Shown: in pieces, positions 14,938 through 27,693 of the stretch
Numbering within the stretch: position 1 is the stretch's first letter
How the letters are laid out: every line of letters begins with the position of its first letter
NCBI RefSeq assembly: GCF_006345805.1
Contig: NC_043009.1
Location: forward strand, 29,450,001-29,514,000
DNA length: 64,000 bases
Direction: 5' to 3'
DNA from: Octopus sinensis
Taxonomy: Eukaryota
Program-made: the position numbers and the translations under genes
Notes under the pieces: model-generated
Told to the model about the DNA's origin: nothing
What the model saw: only the letters and a program-made list of their open reading frames with translations
The model's database searches: none

Positions 14938-15722
14938 TATATATATTCTGCCTATCTATCTATCTCTCCTTTCTCTCTCCCTCTCAATCTATACTATACC
15001 TATATATAATTGTATCAGGTTTTTGTAAGCTGATGTGTAAATATTAGTAATTAGGATCAAATAAAGAGTAATTAAGGCAAAGATTGTTGAACTTTCACAA
15101 TAATTCATCAAATTAAACATGTCCTCTTTTTATTCAATAAGTTCACACTAACTATAAAGAGCGTCAAACGATCACGGGGTTTGCGCGAGAAATACTGACC
15201 CTTAGACTTGTTCAGGGTAAATGGATTTAGTTTCAGAAAGGGGCTTCATTATTGTATTGTGCTCCGCAATCTGTTTGTGATGATGAAAATGTTATCCATT
15301 ACACCTATTAACATCGATGATGTTAATTCATTTACACACGTAAAGAGGTTAAACTAATTGCCTCTCAATTATAGAGTGTTGAGAACGATGCTAATTGAAT
15401 AATTGGAGTCTTTGATTTAACTTTCATCTTCCTTATTGATAGTGTCAACAATTTACTGAACAGCCTACTTCGTAGCTATGATTTCAAAATTTCTCAACAT
15501 TTAAGCACGTTATATGACACATTACTTCAGCATATTTACTCAAGTATTTCGTTAACCCCCCCCCCACCACTATTTATAGTTTCATGATGCTATATAAAAG
15601 GGATTAAGAAAACAACCACCTGAACCCACAAAAAGAAACTAAAAGAAAAAAGAAAAACAAAAACAAAGAAAAATGCCTACTTCACGTGCGGTCATTTTTC
15701 CGATGAAGGCATTTATCATACA

Positions 15723-16142
15723 TACTCTTTTACTTGTTTCAGTCATTTGACTACGGCCATGCTGCAGCAACGCCTTTAGTCGAGTAAATCGACCCCAGGA
15801 CTTATTCTTTGTAAGCCTAGTATTTATTTTATCGGTCTCTTTTGCCGAACCGCTAAGTTACGGGGACGTAAATACACCAGCATCAGTTGTCAAGGGATGT
15901 TCAGGGACAAACACACACACACACACACACATATACATATATATATATATACATATATAATATATATATATATATATACATATATACGACAGGCTTCTTT
16001 CAGTTTCCGTCTACCAAATCCACTCACAAGGCTTTGATCAGCCCGCGGCTATAGGTAGAAGACACTTGCCGAAGGTGTCACGCAGTGGGACTGAACCCGG
16101 AACCATGTGGTTCGTAAGCAACCTACTTACCACACAGCCACA
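15723..16142 (-). mobile_element. SINE family B, full length (tRNA head + CORE-like + internal microsatellite + 3' module)
   Basis: Minus strand: tggctgtgtggt A-box-like, ggttcagtccc B-box-like, then gtgacaccttcggcaagtgtcttcta. Matches 41438-41848 and 55581-56006. Confidence 0.9.
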
Positions 16143-16329
16143 TACTTGTTGTTTACTTCCTCACAGCCATCATAACCACCATTATGCGGGTCACCATTGT
16201 TATTGTTGCTGTTATTATTGTTATTGTTGTTCTTCTTCTTCGTTATTGTCGTCGTCGTCTTCGTCGCCATCGTCAAGTTTCCCGCTTGACGATGTTGAAA
16301 TTTATAGAAAAGCAAAGGATAAGGACAGG

Positions 16330-16450
16330 TGTGTGAACAAAACAGGTGTAGTAGTTTGACGCTCGAGATAATGAAAAAGTCTTTTATGTTTCGAACATTG
16401 GGTTTTCAACAGAAAGGAATAAGAGAAAATAAGCAGAGAGAGAATGAAAA
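16330..16450. mobile_element. Probable Penelope-like terminal-repeat fragment with hammerhead-like remnant
   Basis: Minus strand cttt-CTGTTGA-aaacccaatgttc-GAAA-cata-aaag. Assignment to Penelope is inference from the known HHR association. Confidence 0.4.
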
Positions 16451-16489
16451 AATATATATGTATGTATGTATATTTGTGTATGTGTGAGT

Positions 16490-16687
16490 GTGTCTTGGTG
16501 TTTGCCTTTGTCCTCCACCGCTTGACGATGTTGATTCTTCTATTCCGCCCTTTAACTAGCTGTTCGACAGAAGTTACCGATAGAATATAATTACAGGGAG
16601 CGGGACGATTTACTTGACTAAATCCTTCGAGGTGGTGTCTCAGCCTGGCTGTAGCCCAGTGACTGGAGCAAAGAAAAGATAAAAGAC
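16490..16687 (+). mobile_element. SINE family B, degenerate 3' half
   Basis: ccaccgcttgacgatg...accgatagaatata...gactaaatccttcgaggtggtgtctcagcctggctg matches the family B 3' module. Confidence 0.65.
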
Positions 16688-16689
16688 AA

Positions 16690-16870
16690 AATGATGATGA
16701 AGACGATGATGATGATGATGATGATGATGACGATGATGATGATGATGAAGACGATGATGATGATGATGACGATGATGATGATGATGATGATGATTGATGA
16801 TGATGATGATGATGATGATGACGACGACGATGATTATCATGGTCATCATTATCATTATCATCATCATCAA
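16690..16870. repeat. (GAT)n mosaic with GAC/GAA variants
   Basis: Direct. Confidence 0.9.
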
Positions 16871-17145
16871 TTTTACTAACCTTTGAATAACACAGAGTGT
16901 ATTTGTTGCCTTCGATCTAGGCTGGTTTATACTAGACCCCACAAACCATTCTAATCAGATTAGCTGTTTGTCTGACTCTTTTGGTAGCACAGATAGATCT
17001 GGGTCGATTGGGGCTGACAATAACTAACAACAACAACAATGGCCGTAACTGTAACAGCAACTACAGCAGTACGTACCGCAGCTCCAAAGCCAACGGTCAG
17101 AGAGCAACAGAAACAAAAACAACAACAACAACAGCTACAATAATA

Positions 17146-17468
17146 AAGACTCCGCCGGTTACGACGACGAGGGTCCCAGCTGATACGATCAACGGAACAG
17201 CTTGCTCGTGAAATTAACGTGCAAATGGCTGAGCATTCCACAGACACGTGTACCCTTAACGTAGTTCTCGGGGAAAATCAGCGTGACACAGAGAGTGACA
17301 AGGCTGACCCTTTGAAATACAAGCACAACTCATTTTTGCCAGCTGAGTGGACTGGAGCAACGTGAAATAAAGTGTCTTGCTCAAGGACACAACGCGTCGC
17401 CGGGAATCGAACTCACAACCTTACGATCATGAGCCGAATGCCCTAACCACTAAGCCACGCGCCCTCAC
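17146..17468 (-). mobile_element. SINE family C, full length with 12-bp TSD
   Basis: Minus strand A-box tggcttagtgg, B-box gttcgattcc, then gtgtccttgagcaagacactt. Exact direct repeat gctacaataata at 17134-17145 and 17469-17480. Confidence 0.9.
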
Positions 17469-17843
17469 GCTACAATAATAGCAGCCGTAACGACAGCAGA
17501 CGCAACATAGAATACGAGTGTCTTTCAGTTGAATATATGTTTGTAAAGAGAAGCTGAACATAAGGTAGATTATGTTATTCGGGATAACTGCAGCACATAC
17601 AACAACCTTTCTATATACACAATCTTCATGAGCAAAAGCTAATTTGATTTGCCAACAAATGAGGCAAGAGATTCACTTCCAAACTCTTTCTCTTCAACAC
17701 AGCTTCTGATATTAGTGAATTCAACAGAGGAACAAAGCCACGGTTTATTGATTCTTGGTATACCTACCTTATACATAAATACATATATACATGCATTCAC
17801 ATATACATGCGTATGTATGTATGTATATATGTATATATATATA

Positions 17844-17901
<58 letters not shown>

Positions 17902-18054
17902 ATGTATGTATGTGTGTGTATATACATACACACATATATATACGCACATACATATTTACATATACATTTGATTTATAAGTTATATCCATTCACATATCCT
18001 TACATACATGTAAATAAATGTATGTATATACACACACACACACACACACACACG

Positions 18055-18106
<52 letters not shown>

Positions 18107-18999
18107 TATATATGCAGATATATGTATCTATGTATAATTTGTATGTACGCATGTAAACGCATGGAACACAATCCACAAGATTTAATCAATCGAACACTAT
18201 ATACCTTTACTAAACAGCTACGAAATTAAGGTTTTTGAAGTCTGTTCTCGTTGAATAACATATATTTCCCCGATGTAAAGATCTTTCGGCTATATGACGG
18301 TCATTTACTCTACAACTTTAATTACAAACTTTTATTTATTTTACTAAAACTCTACATCGCCGACTGCCTCAGTTCAATTCACCAAAACAACTTGGTCGCT
18401 TATATTCACAAACTTTATTTGTTCCCTGAATAAATTCGTTAATACATATGTTAATGTCTCTCATACGTACGTATCTCACTTTCTACATTCAAATTTTTCT
18501 TTAGAAACATGATGAGTGACATGTGAAGTCTGTGGATCATTCTAGAGTGACCACAGCACATATTAAATCAGAAATCCTTCATCTATGTAATGGTTAATTA
18601 CCTTTCTCTTGTGCCAACACATTACACATACCTGAGGTCTATACATGTTCTAATTACTTCATTTAGGGTGATTTTTTACTCCATCACCTCCTGTTTAGTC
18701 TCGAAGTAACATAGTATTTTGTATGGATTCACAACAATCACTAACACACACACACACACACACGCACGCGTCCACATGCACACACACTTACACACACACA
18801 CACTCAAGCATACTCACTCACACTCAATCTCCCACACAGCCGCAGACACGCACTGACATGTGTATTACTGTATATTGGGAGGGTCAATTTTGGCAATAAG
18901 AAACAAGTGATTCCAAATCAAGAAATATGCAAAACAAAAGAACAATACAGACACACATTATACATACACATATGCACAGGCAAACATACATACACACAT

Positions 19000-19031
<32 letters not shown>

Positions 19032-19378
19032 CTCCGTCTGTCTATCTATCTATCTACCTGTCTTTCTCTTTCTATAGACACACACACACACATATACACA
19101 CACACATATACACACACACATTACATTTGGGGGTTAACAAGGCAACCATTGGTTTCATATAGAGATATACTAATTTTCTAAATACTGTATTAAACTTTAA
19201 CATTATAGCAGCAATAGATGCAATCCAGTGAAATCAAAAGGGCTAAAACTGCTGGCCTTTCCTATGCTTACCCGTCAAAAAAGGACACACCTAAATATTC
19301 ACACCTGAACACAAATTTTTGCATACAAGAACAAAGAAATTCTAAATAACATAACGCCAAATTAAATCAATAAAAATT

Positions 19379-19694
19379 TCTGGAATAATGTTTGCCTCTC
19401 AAACCCTCTTTCATGGGGCCGAAAACATAATTGTCCAGTGACGGTGATAGTCCAGGGACGGGGAAGTGAAAACTGTAGTGAAAAAGTGGCTCAAATAAGT
19501 CAATAGAATTTTACGGGGCAGGGGCACATACCCTCATTCGAAGGTTAAACAGTGCTATTGATGGAAACTGACTATGTTAAGAAGTAGGGATGTGATCCAC
19601 AGAGGACCAGCATCATTTTGATGTATGATACATGTTCCTGTGTTGGTAATTATACCTGTCCTAAACAAAACGGCATTACCTTTTGACACCCTCG
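19379..19694 (+). mobile_element. Mariner 3' remnant with right TIR and a locally inverted segment
   Basis: EVKTVVKKWLK-like coding remnant; ends ggcattaccttttgacaccctcg; 19379-19425 reads FGPMKEGLRGKHYS on the minus strand. Confidence 0.7.
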
Positions 19695-19707
19695 TGTATA
19701 TATACAT

Positions 19708-19790
<83 letters not shown>

Positions 19791-20179
19791 TGTATGTATG
19801 TATAGTTATATGTTTTATCTTTCACTTTTCTTATAACAGGAATGCTGAAATTCACTCTGCAGCTCTCAGGTCCCGGCTCAGACCCCACTGCATTTAGGGC
19901 TTAGATCTGGATCATAATCTTAGTTTGAACTAAACTTTATGAATGAGACTGAGTAAACGGAAACTGTGTAGAAGCCCATAGAATAGACTGTGTCAGTAAT
20001 TTAAAGGTGCAATTTTATCATACTTCTGTCACATCGAATCTGTCCTAAAATTACGATAAGAGCAAAGGTGTTTGTGGAATACTCAACCTGTTTACAGGTC
20101 AATTCCATCAATCGATTGTTCAAGTGTTCGAACTCCTGGAGAGTTTTATACTGAAATTGATGAGTGAATATATCCACTC

Positions 20180-20307
20180 GATTCGCTCCGGAAGGGATGT
20201 CAGTGTGCCGAAGGGTCATTCATTTTTGTCAGCCAAGAGAACTGGAGTAATGAATCGCCCGGTCTAGGAATCGATCACGAGTGCGACATACTCACCACAA
20301 AGCCACA

Positions 20308-20310
<3 letters not shown>
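20180..20310 (-). mobile_element. Degenerate SINE family C fragment
   Basis: cattcatttttgtcagccaagagaactggag...ggaatcgatcacg...caccacaaagccac resembles 17330-17460. Confidence 0.55.
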
Positions 20311-20343
<33 letters not shown>

Positions 20344-21869
20344 ACATATGTATCTATCTATCTATCTATCTATCTATTGTAGGAGGTTGTCTATGCAAAT
20401 ATTTTAAATTGGAAAATAAACTTACAGTCAATGTGAAGAGAAGAAGAGTCAGTCATTTTGTCAATTTAATGCTGTTGAAGCCACTTTACATCTCTTTACT
20501 CAGAAATTTTATGCCTGAGGCAATCCTCATCAAATGGATCTTAAAGAACACGTGAACCAAGAGCAGGCTGTGGGACTGAATCTAGTTTCCGCGACTGTAG
20601 TAGGAACACATGGAGTTTTGAAGAGGCGGAAAGACAGAAATTATCAGAAGAATGAGGACCGACTTAATTGTTCACTTATCTCAATCAGAATTGATAGCTG
20701 TGACTGGCAGAACTGTCAACAAAAGGAATAGCTATCTATGTATCTTTAAACATCTTTCAAAACGAGTTATATTGTCTGTTAGATGACCTCAATCAAAATT
20801 AGTAGCCATGTCTGATACGAGCAAACTCCTTTAAGTATTTCCATAAACCATTAGTGGAACTATTAGACAATCAACAGACATAGAAACTGGAACAGAAATA
20901 ATTAATGATTATCTTAAATCTTTCAAGTTCTAAGAAGTAAAAGACGAAGTGTTTGTTTTAGAAGAAATAATGTGCTAATATGAAGGGAAAAGTTTGAAGT
21001 GTTGATAAGTGGAATGTTTTCCAATTAGAAGACAGCAGAATTGTGTGGCGTAAATGTAAAATATTAATTATTTTTCCTGCTTATCGCAAAGACAAATTAG
21101 TTAGCATCAATTTGTAACACTTTGCGTAAGTAGAGCGGAGAGCACCACCAAACACGGACAGAATAACTAAATAAAAATGAAAAGAATTGCATGTGAAAAC
21201 GTACAGATCGATGCTGTAATCTAATAGTTATGTTTCAAATGTATTCTGAACATCATGGTTTAGATCTAAATTTCGAATCTTAAGCAAACCTACCAATACG
21301 TAACCTAGGATTTTTTCAATTAATTTAGGAATTAAACACAGCCTTTATAACAGTAATGGCTATGAAGAAAAAACATGCTAATAATTTTCCCATAAAACAA
21401 TATGATAAAGCTAGGAAAAGATAGTCCCAATAATGTAAATTGTCCAGTGGTACACGACATAAAGATAAAACCTTCGCGTGTGACTTCTATGACCCAGTGA
21501 GTTTATAGACATCATACCATATTAGCATTTATTCTTATTAAATTTACTGTAATGTAACGATGAAACCGAAATGGTCGTGTCAGTCTAAACAGAGCTGAAA
21601 TCATCGATTAAAAGATAACTAAGGAAACATTCTTTAAAACCAAATCAACGCTTTTCCTGTTTTCTTTTTAAAGTTGGGGTCAGCCTGGCAGGTCCTATGA
21701 CAGTTTTAGCCTTACTTATTACGGTCCCAATTTTGAGACAGTGTTTTAGAGTCAGATGCCTTACAGCCATTTCATAGGACTCACAGGTAAACTGTAATTA
21801 TTTAAAATTAAAGTCACACAAATATTCTTAATTATATAATAGCCCAGTTGTATAATTAATCCTGATGGA

Positions 21870-22050
21870 GCCTCGGTATTAGGATCTACCTAATAGAAAT
21901 AGCAATTTAATCTCCATTAAATCACATTTTACTATTGTAAATAAGCAAGTAGATACACTGGGCGATGTAAACTTAGCTATAACACGACTAGAATGTCTTT
22001 GGTCATAGTTTTATTTGATTAGAGTTTATCTGGGGGTGAACAAATAACAA
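21870..22050 (+). mobile_element. Interspersed repeat family E (SINE/LINE 3'-end-like)
   Basis: tagaaatagcaatttaatctccattaaatcaca...gaatgtctttggtcatag...tctgggggtgaacaa; related copies at 28253-28560 and 35780-35990. Confidence 0.5.
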
Positions 22051-22550
22051 TTAATATCACCAGTACTCCCGCTGTTAAATTATTCCAAGCATTGTCTGGT
22101 CAGGTGATGTGGCTCAGCAAGAATTCAAGTACCCTGCTCCAAATCTTACTTTAGCGAGGGTTACAGGGTATGGTCTATCAAGATTTTGACCATCAGTCTG
22201 GTGTCTTATCAAATTACCAAGGTTATCTGATAAGTACTTTCTATAACATAATTACTAGTTATTGAGAATGGGATAAAATGCGTTTTTTTTATTTGTTCAG
22301 ATTCTTTAAGCTGTTCGTTCAAAACCTGACTTCTGGCGAGGGCAACATTGTTTCACATATTTACAGGGTAGGTGTCAATAATGTAATCCAATAACATCTC
22401 ACTCTAAGTTTGCGATCGCTTGACAAAGTTTGCCATGTGCGGTTTTGGCCTCAGTCAGTTCTTATCCGGAGGAATTACGGTGAAAGACATTTCAGCTATA
22501 GTCAGACTTGTATGGTATTTACTGAGGTAATACTGGTTTCAAATGTTATC

Positions 22551-22729
22551 ACAAGACCAGCAATTTCGGTGGGAGGAGGGAGTTTGGTCGATTACATCGA
22601 CCCCAGTGGTACTTATCGACTCCGAAAGGATAAAAAGCAAAGTCGACTTCAGTGGAATTTGAACTCGGGACATTAAAGACGGACGAAATGTCGCTTAGCG
22701 TGCTAACGATTCTGCCCGCTTGCTGACCT
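22551..22729 (-). mobile_element. SINE family A, partial
   Basis: gtcgattacatcgaccccagtggtac...gcaaagtcgacttcagtggaatttgaactc...gtgctaacgattctgcc. Confidence 0.8.
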
Positions 22730-23067
22730 ATTACTGCCGTAATACTTATAATACATTTTTATAATGGTTGGACATGATTCCAAAGAGATTTAGCTTAACT
22801 ATAACAGCAGATTGAGCAAGAATACACATACACACTTAATCTCAAATCTCAAATATTCCAGTAATATACTGCAGTGCATATATATATATACATGCGCGCA
22901 CGCACACATACACAGACACACACACACACACACACAACACACACACATATATATATATATAAGTAAAGAGACATTAACAACATCAACAAAAAGCAGAAAG
23001 GAGGAATACATACATGTATCTGTGCATTGAAGAATTATATATACAGAGACACACAAACATGCATTTA

Positions 23068-24185
23068 TTGGGGCGACTCAAAAGTTTGGCAATATATGTA
23101 TGCGCGCAAGGCGCCGAGATGGCAGAAGCGTTAGCACGCCGGGCGAAATGCTTAAATGCTTAGCGGTATTTCGTCTGTCTTTACGTTCTGAATTCAAATT
23201 CCGCCGAGGTCAACTTTGCCTTTCATCCTTTCGGAGTCGATAAATTAAGTGCCGGTTGGGCACTGGAGTCGAACTAATTGACTGGCCACCTCCCTCCAAA
23301 ATTTCGGGCCGTGTACCTAGAATAGAAAAGAATATATGTATGCGTGCTAATTTGCGGCTTGTATATCACGTGACCGAAGCATCTTAAGCCGTGGGAGGAA
23401 CCTGCTGTGTTTGGTGGTATCGTGGTAGTTGGTGAACTGATATATTGTGCATTGCCTCACTTCGTATGTGATTTGAAAACTGCACGAATGAACGTGAAAC
23501 AGTCTAATTCGGGACTTTATGCTTTACGAGTTTCAACTGGACCATAACGCCTGCTATGGAAGCAACAGAAAAACATTTGTTGTGAGAAGATTGAAAGTGT
23601 AGTTGATCACAGTACATGGTTCGAGAAATTTCGCTCGGGCTGCAAGATATTCGACGACGGGGAAATGTTACGTAGGCCTAAAACCATGGATTCATAGGCC
23701 GTGTTCCAAACCATGGACTTAAATCCGGTGAGTAGCACTCGGAGAGTATCAGGCGAGCTCGGCATCTCGGATGTATGCCATTTTGTAGCAAAAATACCCG
23801 ACAGTGTTTAATGGAAAGTGAGTTCTTCTGCTACAACACAACACAAGACATCATACCACACGAACAAACCAGAAAAAACAAAGGGAATTAGAGGGAATCG
23901 AACTACAGACACATCTAGCATTTAGTCCGACTTACTTCCTACGGATTTTACTTGTTCTGATCCATAACTCAATGCTTGCATTCGTAATGCTTCATCTACC
24001 AAGAGATGGAAGATTGAGAGTAGGAGTTCTTCGCCTTGAAGGACAAGAACTGGTGTCTGCGTGGGATCAAAGAAGTGACCAAAAGGTGGCAGAACGATGA
24101 CCTCTACTTTGAATGCTAGGCTGCTTTTATTGTAAGTTAACGAATAAAGGAAGTAATATTGCTAAAATACCGCAAAACTCAATAT
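23068..24185 (+). mobile_element. Degenerate, apparently chimeric mariner remnant interrupted by a SINE
   Basis: TA+TIR-like ttggggcgactcaaaagtttggcaatat. From 23488 the HTH region reads MNVKQ/LIRDFMLYEFQL...WFEKFRSG...RRPKTMDS...STRRVSGELGIS. After 23768 the catalytic C-terminus reads KYPTVFNGK*VLLLQHNTRHH...ELEGIELQTHLAFSP...GIKEVTKRWQ. Confidence 0.75.
23105..23330 (+). mobile_element. SINE family A, full length, tail type 2, 14-bp TSD
   Basis: Exact direct repeat aatatatgtatgcg at 23091-23104 and 23331-23344. Confidence 0.92.
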
Positions 24186-24470
24186 ATAAGTAAATGTATA
24201 AATATGTTGCATATACATAGAGACGCTGACTCTCTCTCTTTCACAAACACACATACACATACACGCGCGCGCCTAAATATATCACTGTATGTATGTGTGT
24301 GTTTGTGTGTGCGTGCATAAGAAAAATGTATTTGCGAGCTAAATCCTGGCTATCTTTTGAACTTAGAGCTTGTGTCACTTGTGCAGCGTATCAGGTAGAG
24401 ATTCTTGTAGTTTATTTCTTCCTCCTTCACTAGCAGGTGTGTATGTACGTGTATCTATAAAAATACACAC

Positions 24471-24513
<43 letters not shown>

Positions 24514-24514
24514 A

Positions 24515-25360
24515 TTTGTAACTATATCTGAGTGTGTATCTATGTATTTATATGCAACTGTCTCATACACACAAAGACACACTGACACACACACACACAC
24601 ATACACAACTATACCCGCAGACACATACACAAGCACACACAAATATATAGATATATAGAGGCTCGTAAATACATATACACACACACGCAATTGAATCATA
24701 GCATATTGGTTATTGTGTTTGTGTCAATGTATGTGGAAGCGCATACGTTTACATTTACATGCCTACACAAGCATGATTATAAACATGTAGAGAAACAGAA
24801 GATGTGTGTAAGCTTATATCTGTGTGTATGTGTGTGTATGTGTAGTATGTATGTGTTATTCAGTGGTGCCTTATCTAAAGTTCTGTCTCTGCACAGCTTC
24901 TTTATCTAATTCACCCTAAGCTAATTCTTGGTTCCACTAAGAAACTTGGCACATTGCAGCTCTCTTGACACTTCACAAATATATAAGTGAACACACTTCA
25001 ACATACAAACAAATAATTGCGTTCTCTCTCAATTTCAACATTTCAACAAGGAGCAATCCGGTAGTTCGCTCAACTAAACTGCATTCTCATGGAATTATAT
25101 AATAACTAACAGTGCACTCTACATGTACTAACGTTTTTGCTTATGCATAGACACATACGTGTACAACCCACCCAAAAATATATACAGACGCATATTTTTT
25201 CGACGGTATCTTTTCCATATATGTAAATACTTTTCCAAAAAAGCTAGCATTTCATTTTTGAAGCTCGCAGACGAGTGCACTGCATTATGAACTCGAAACG
25301 GCTGTAAGCTAATGACGTTCATTGCATAATTTCTCATTCATTTGTTATTTACTTAATGTC

Positions 25361-25431
<71 letters not shown>

Positions 25432-26272
25432 AACTATATCTGAGTGTGTATCTATGTATTTATATGCAACTGTCTCATACACACAAAGACACACTGACAC
25501 ACACACACACACATACACAACTATACCCGCAGACACATACACAAGCACACACAAATATATAGATATATAGAGGCTCGTAAATACATATACACACACACGC
25601 AATTGAATCATAGCATATTGGTTATTGTGTTTGTGTCAATGTATGTGGAAGCGCATACGTTTACATTTACATGCCTACACAAGCATGATTATAAACATGT
25701 AGAGAAACAGAAGATGTGTGTAAGCTTATATCTGTGTGTATGTGTGTGTATGTGTAGTATGTATGTGTTATTCAGTGGTGCCTTATCTAAAGTTCTGTCT
25801 CTGCACAGCTTCTTTATCTAATTCACCCTAAGCTAATTCTTGGTTCCACTAAGAAACTTGGCACATTGCAGCTCTCTTGACACTTCAAAATATATAAGTG
25901 AACACACTTCAACATACAAACAAATAATTGCGTTCTCTCTCAATTTCAACATTTCAACAAGGAGCAATCCGGTAGTTCGCTCAACTAAACTGCATTCTCA
26001 TGGAATTATATAATAACTAACAGTGCACTCTACATGTACTAACGTTTTTGCTTATGCATAGACACATACGTGTACAACCCACCAAAAATATATACACACG
26101 CATATTTTTTCGACGGTATCTTTTCCATATATGTAAATACTTTTCCAAAAAAGCTAGCATTTCATTTTTGAAGCTCGCAGACGAGTGCACTGCATTATGA
26201 ACTCGAAACGGCTGTAAGCTAATGACGTTCATTGCATAATTTCTCATTCATTTGTTATTTACTTAATGTCAG
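24515..26272. repeat. Tandem duplication, two ~847-bp copies separated and bounded by (TA)n
   Basis: Copy 1 24515-25362, copy 2 25427-26272; three differences seen (two 1-bp indels, one substitution); the ORF track shows duplicated ORFs. Confidence 0.95.
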
Positions 26273-26295
26273 ATATATATATATATATATATATA

Positions 26296-26330
<35 letters not shown>

Positions 26331-26573
26331 TAGTGAGATAGAGGGAGAGAGAGAGAGAGAGAGAGAGTGAGATAGAGGGAGAGAGAAAGAGAGGGAGAGA
26401 AATATCTATAAATATACATACATAAACCCGCACCCCACACTAACAAACGCGTATCTAGACACACGTACCTCCCCAAATAATCTAATGCGATCTTCTATCT
26501 TGTCTTTCCCCCAGTGGTTTGACCATGGAAGGCATGCTTCCACCCCACCGCTAATATTAGGTAGTTTATCGCA

Positions 26574-26642
<69 letters not shown>

Positions 26643-26650
26643 GCTGCTAC
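26574..26650. repeat. (CTA)n microsatellite
   Basis: Direct. Confidence 0.95.
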
Positions 26651-26832
26651 TGTTGATGTCGTTTCTGTTGTTTTGTTGCTGTTGTGATTATTGTTACAGT
26701 TACTTGTAGGTGTTGTTGTTATTGCTGTAGTTTGAGGTTGTAGTTATCGTTGATACTATTGTAATCTGTGGCTGTTGTTTCTAATCTTTCTAATGTTGTT
26801 AGTGCAATTCTTGATTTTGCCACATTATCGAT

Positions 26833-26839
26833 ATTATTA

Positions 26840-26888
<49 letters not shown>

Positions 26889-27693
26889 GAGTGAGAGAAC
26901 AGTGTAAGACATCAAAGTGACACTGAGGTAAAATATACGAAGCCCAGTATACCCATCATAACTACTCGTCTGATAATGGTACACCAGGCACACGCATCAC
27001 GACCATATGTGCGCAACATGGTGATGTCATACCAAGATAAACAGCAGTTGGACCCCAGTTAGAGTTTTGTTCAGGTTGAGTAGCCGTCCCGTTCAAGAGG
27101 TCCCTGAATAAGGGTTGTTTCAGAATATTGAACGAAACGCCCATGTTTCTAGAGCTGAATTATCCAAACGCCAAAGAATTTCTCTCAACACATGGCTATG
27201 ATGCCCCACCTACTACATCTGCTCGTGATCAAAGGTGCACAAATCGTCAGCCACTAAGGAAAATGCTCAAATGTTCGCATCCAATCAGTCCTCTTTCCAC
27301 TCTTTTTCTTAGTACATTCTGTGTCATTCTTTGGGTGGAGTATCCTATATCTAGTCTCAACTTCCTTGTCATTCTGTCTAAGCTGTTTAGTTCGTCTACT
27401 GTCAATGCGATTATCCCTGCTCCATATATAAGTAGTGAAACAGCCCAGGTATTGATAGCTTCAATCTTATTCCGTCTGTTTAATTTCGACTTATTTCTTT
27501 CTCCATCAATTTATCCATTTCTAAATCCCCGAAGTACGTATAACCTGTCTCTTCTATCTGCTTCCATAACCTCCCCCTGCAGTATCGCAAGCCCGTTTAT
27601 ACATTTGATTTTGCCTCTCTTCAAGTCTAACACACCACACTTTTTTCAGTCCGAACTCCGTTCTGACATCAGAACTGAAACTATACACCGTAG
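26833..27693 (-). mobile_element. R4/Dong- or HERO-like (RLE-clade) non-LTR retrotransposon: RT fragment joined to a non-coding 3' end with (AAT)n tail
   Basis: 27271-27693 translates with frameshifts to STVYSFSSDVRTEFGLKKCGVLDLKRGK...GYTYFG...KSKLNRRNKIEAINTWAVSLLIYGAG...LDRMTRKL...LHPKND...RGLIG. 26889-27270 is non-coding; tail at 26833-26888. Confidence 0.85.

Noticed and set aside
17400-17468. tRNA-like sequences (also 32860-32926, 55950-56006, 63667-63740)
   Set aside because: These are SINE heads: they continue into SINE bodies, and I could not fold a full cloverleaf acceptor stem.
20534-20731. 65-aa ORF MDLKEHVNQEQAVG...
   Set aside because: No recognisable motif, no donor site, length within chance expectation.
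24515-26272. CRISPR-like or gene-family array
   Set aside because: Only two long copies, with no repeat-spacer structure and no coding capacity.
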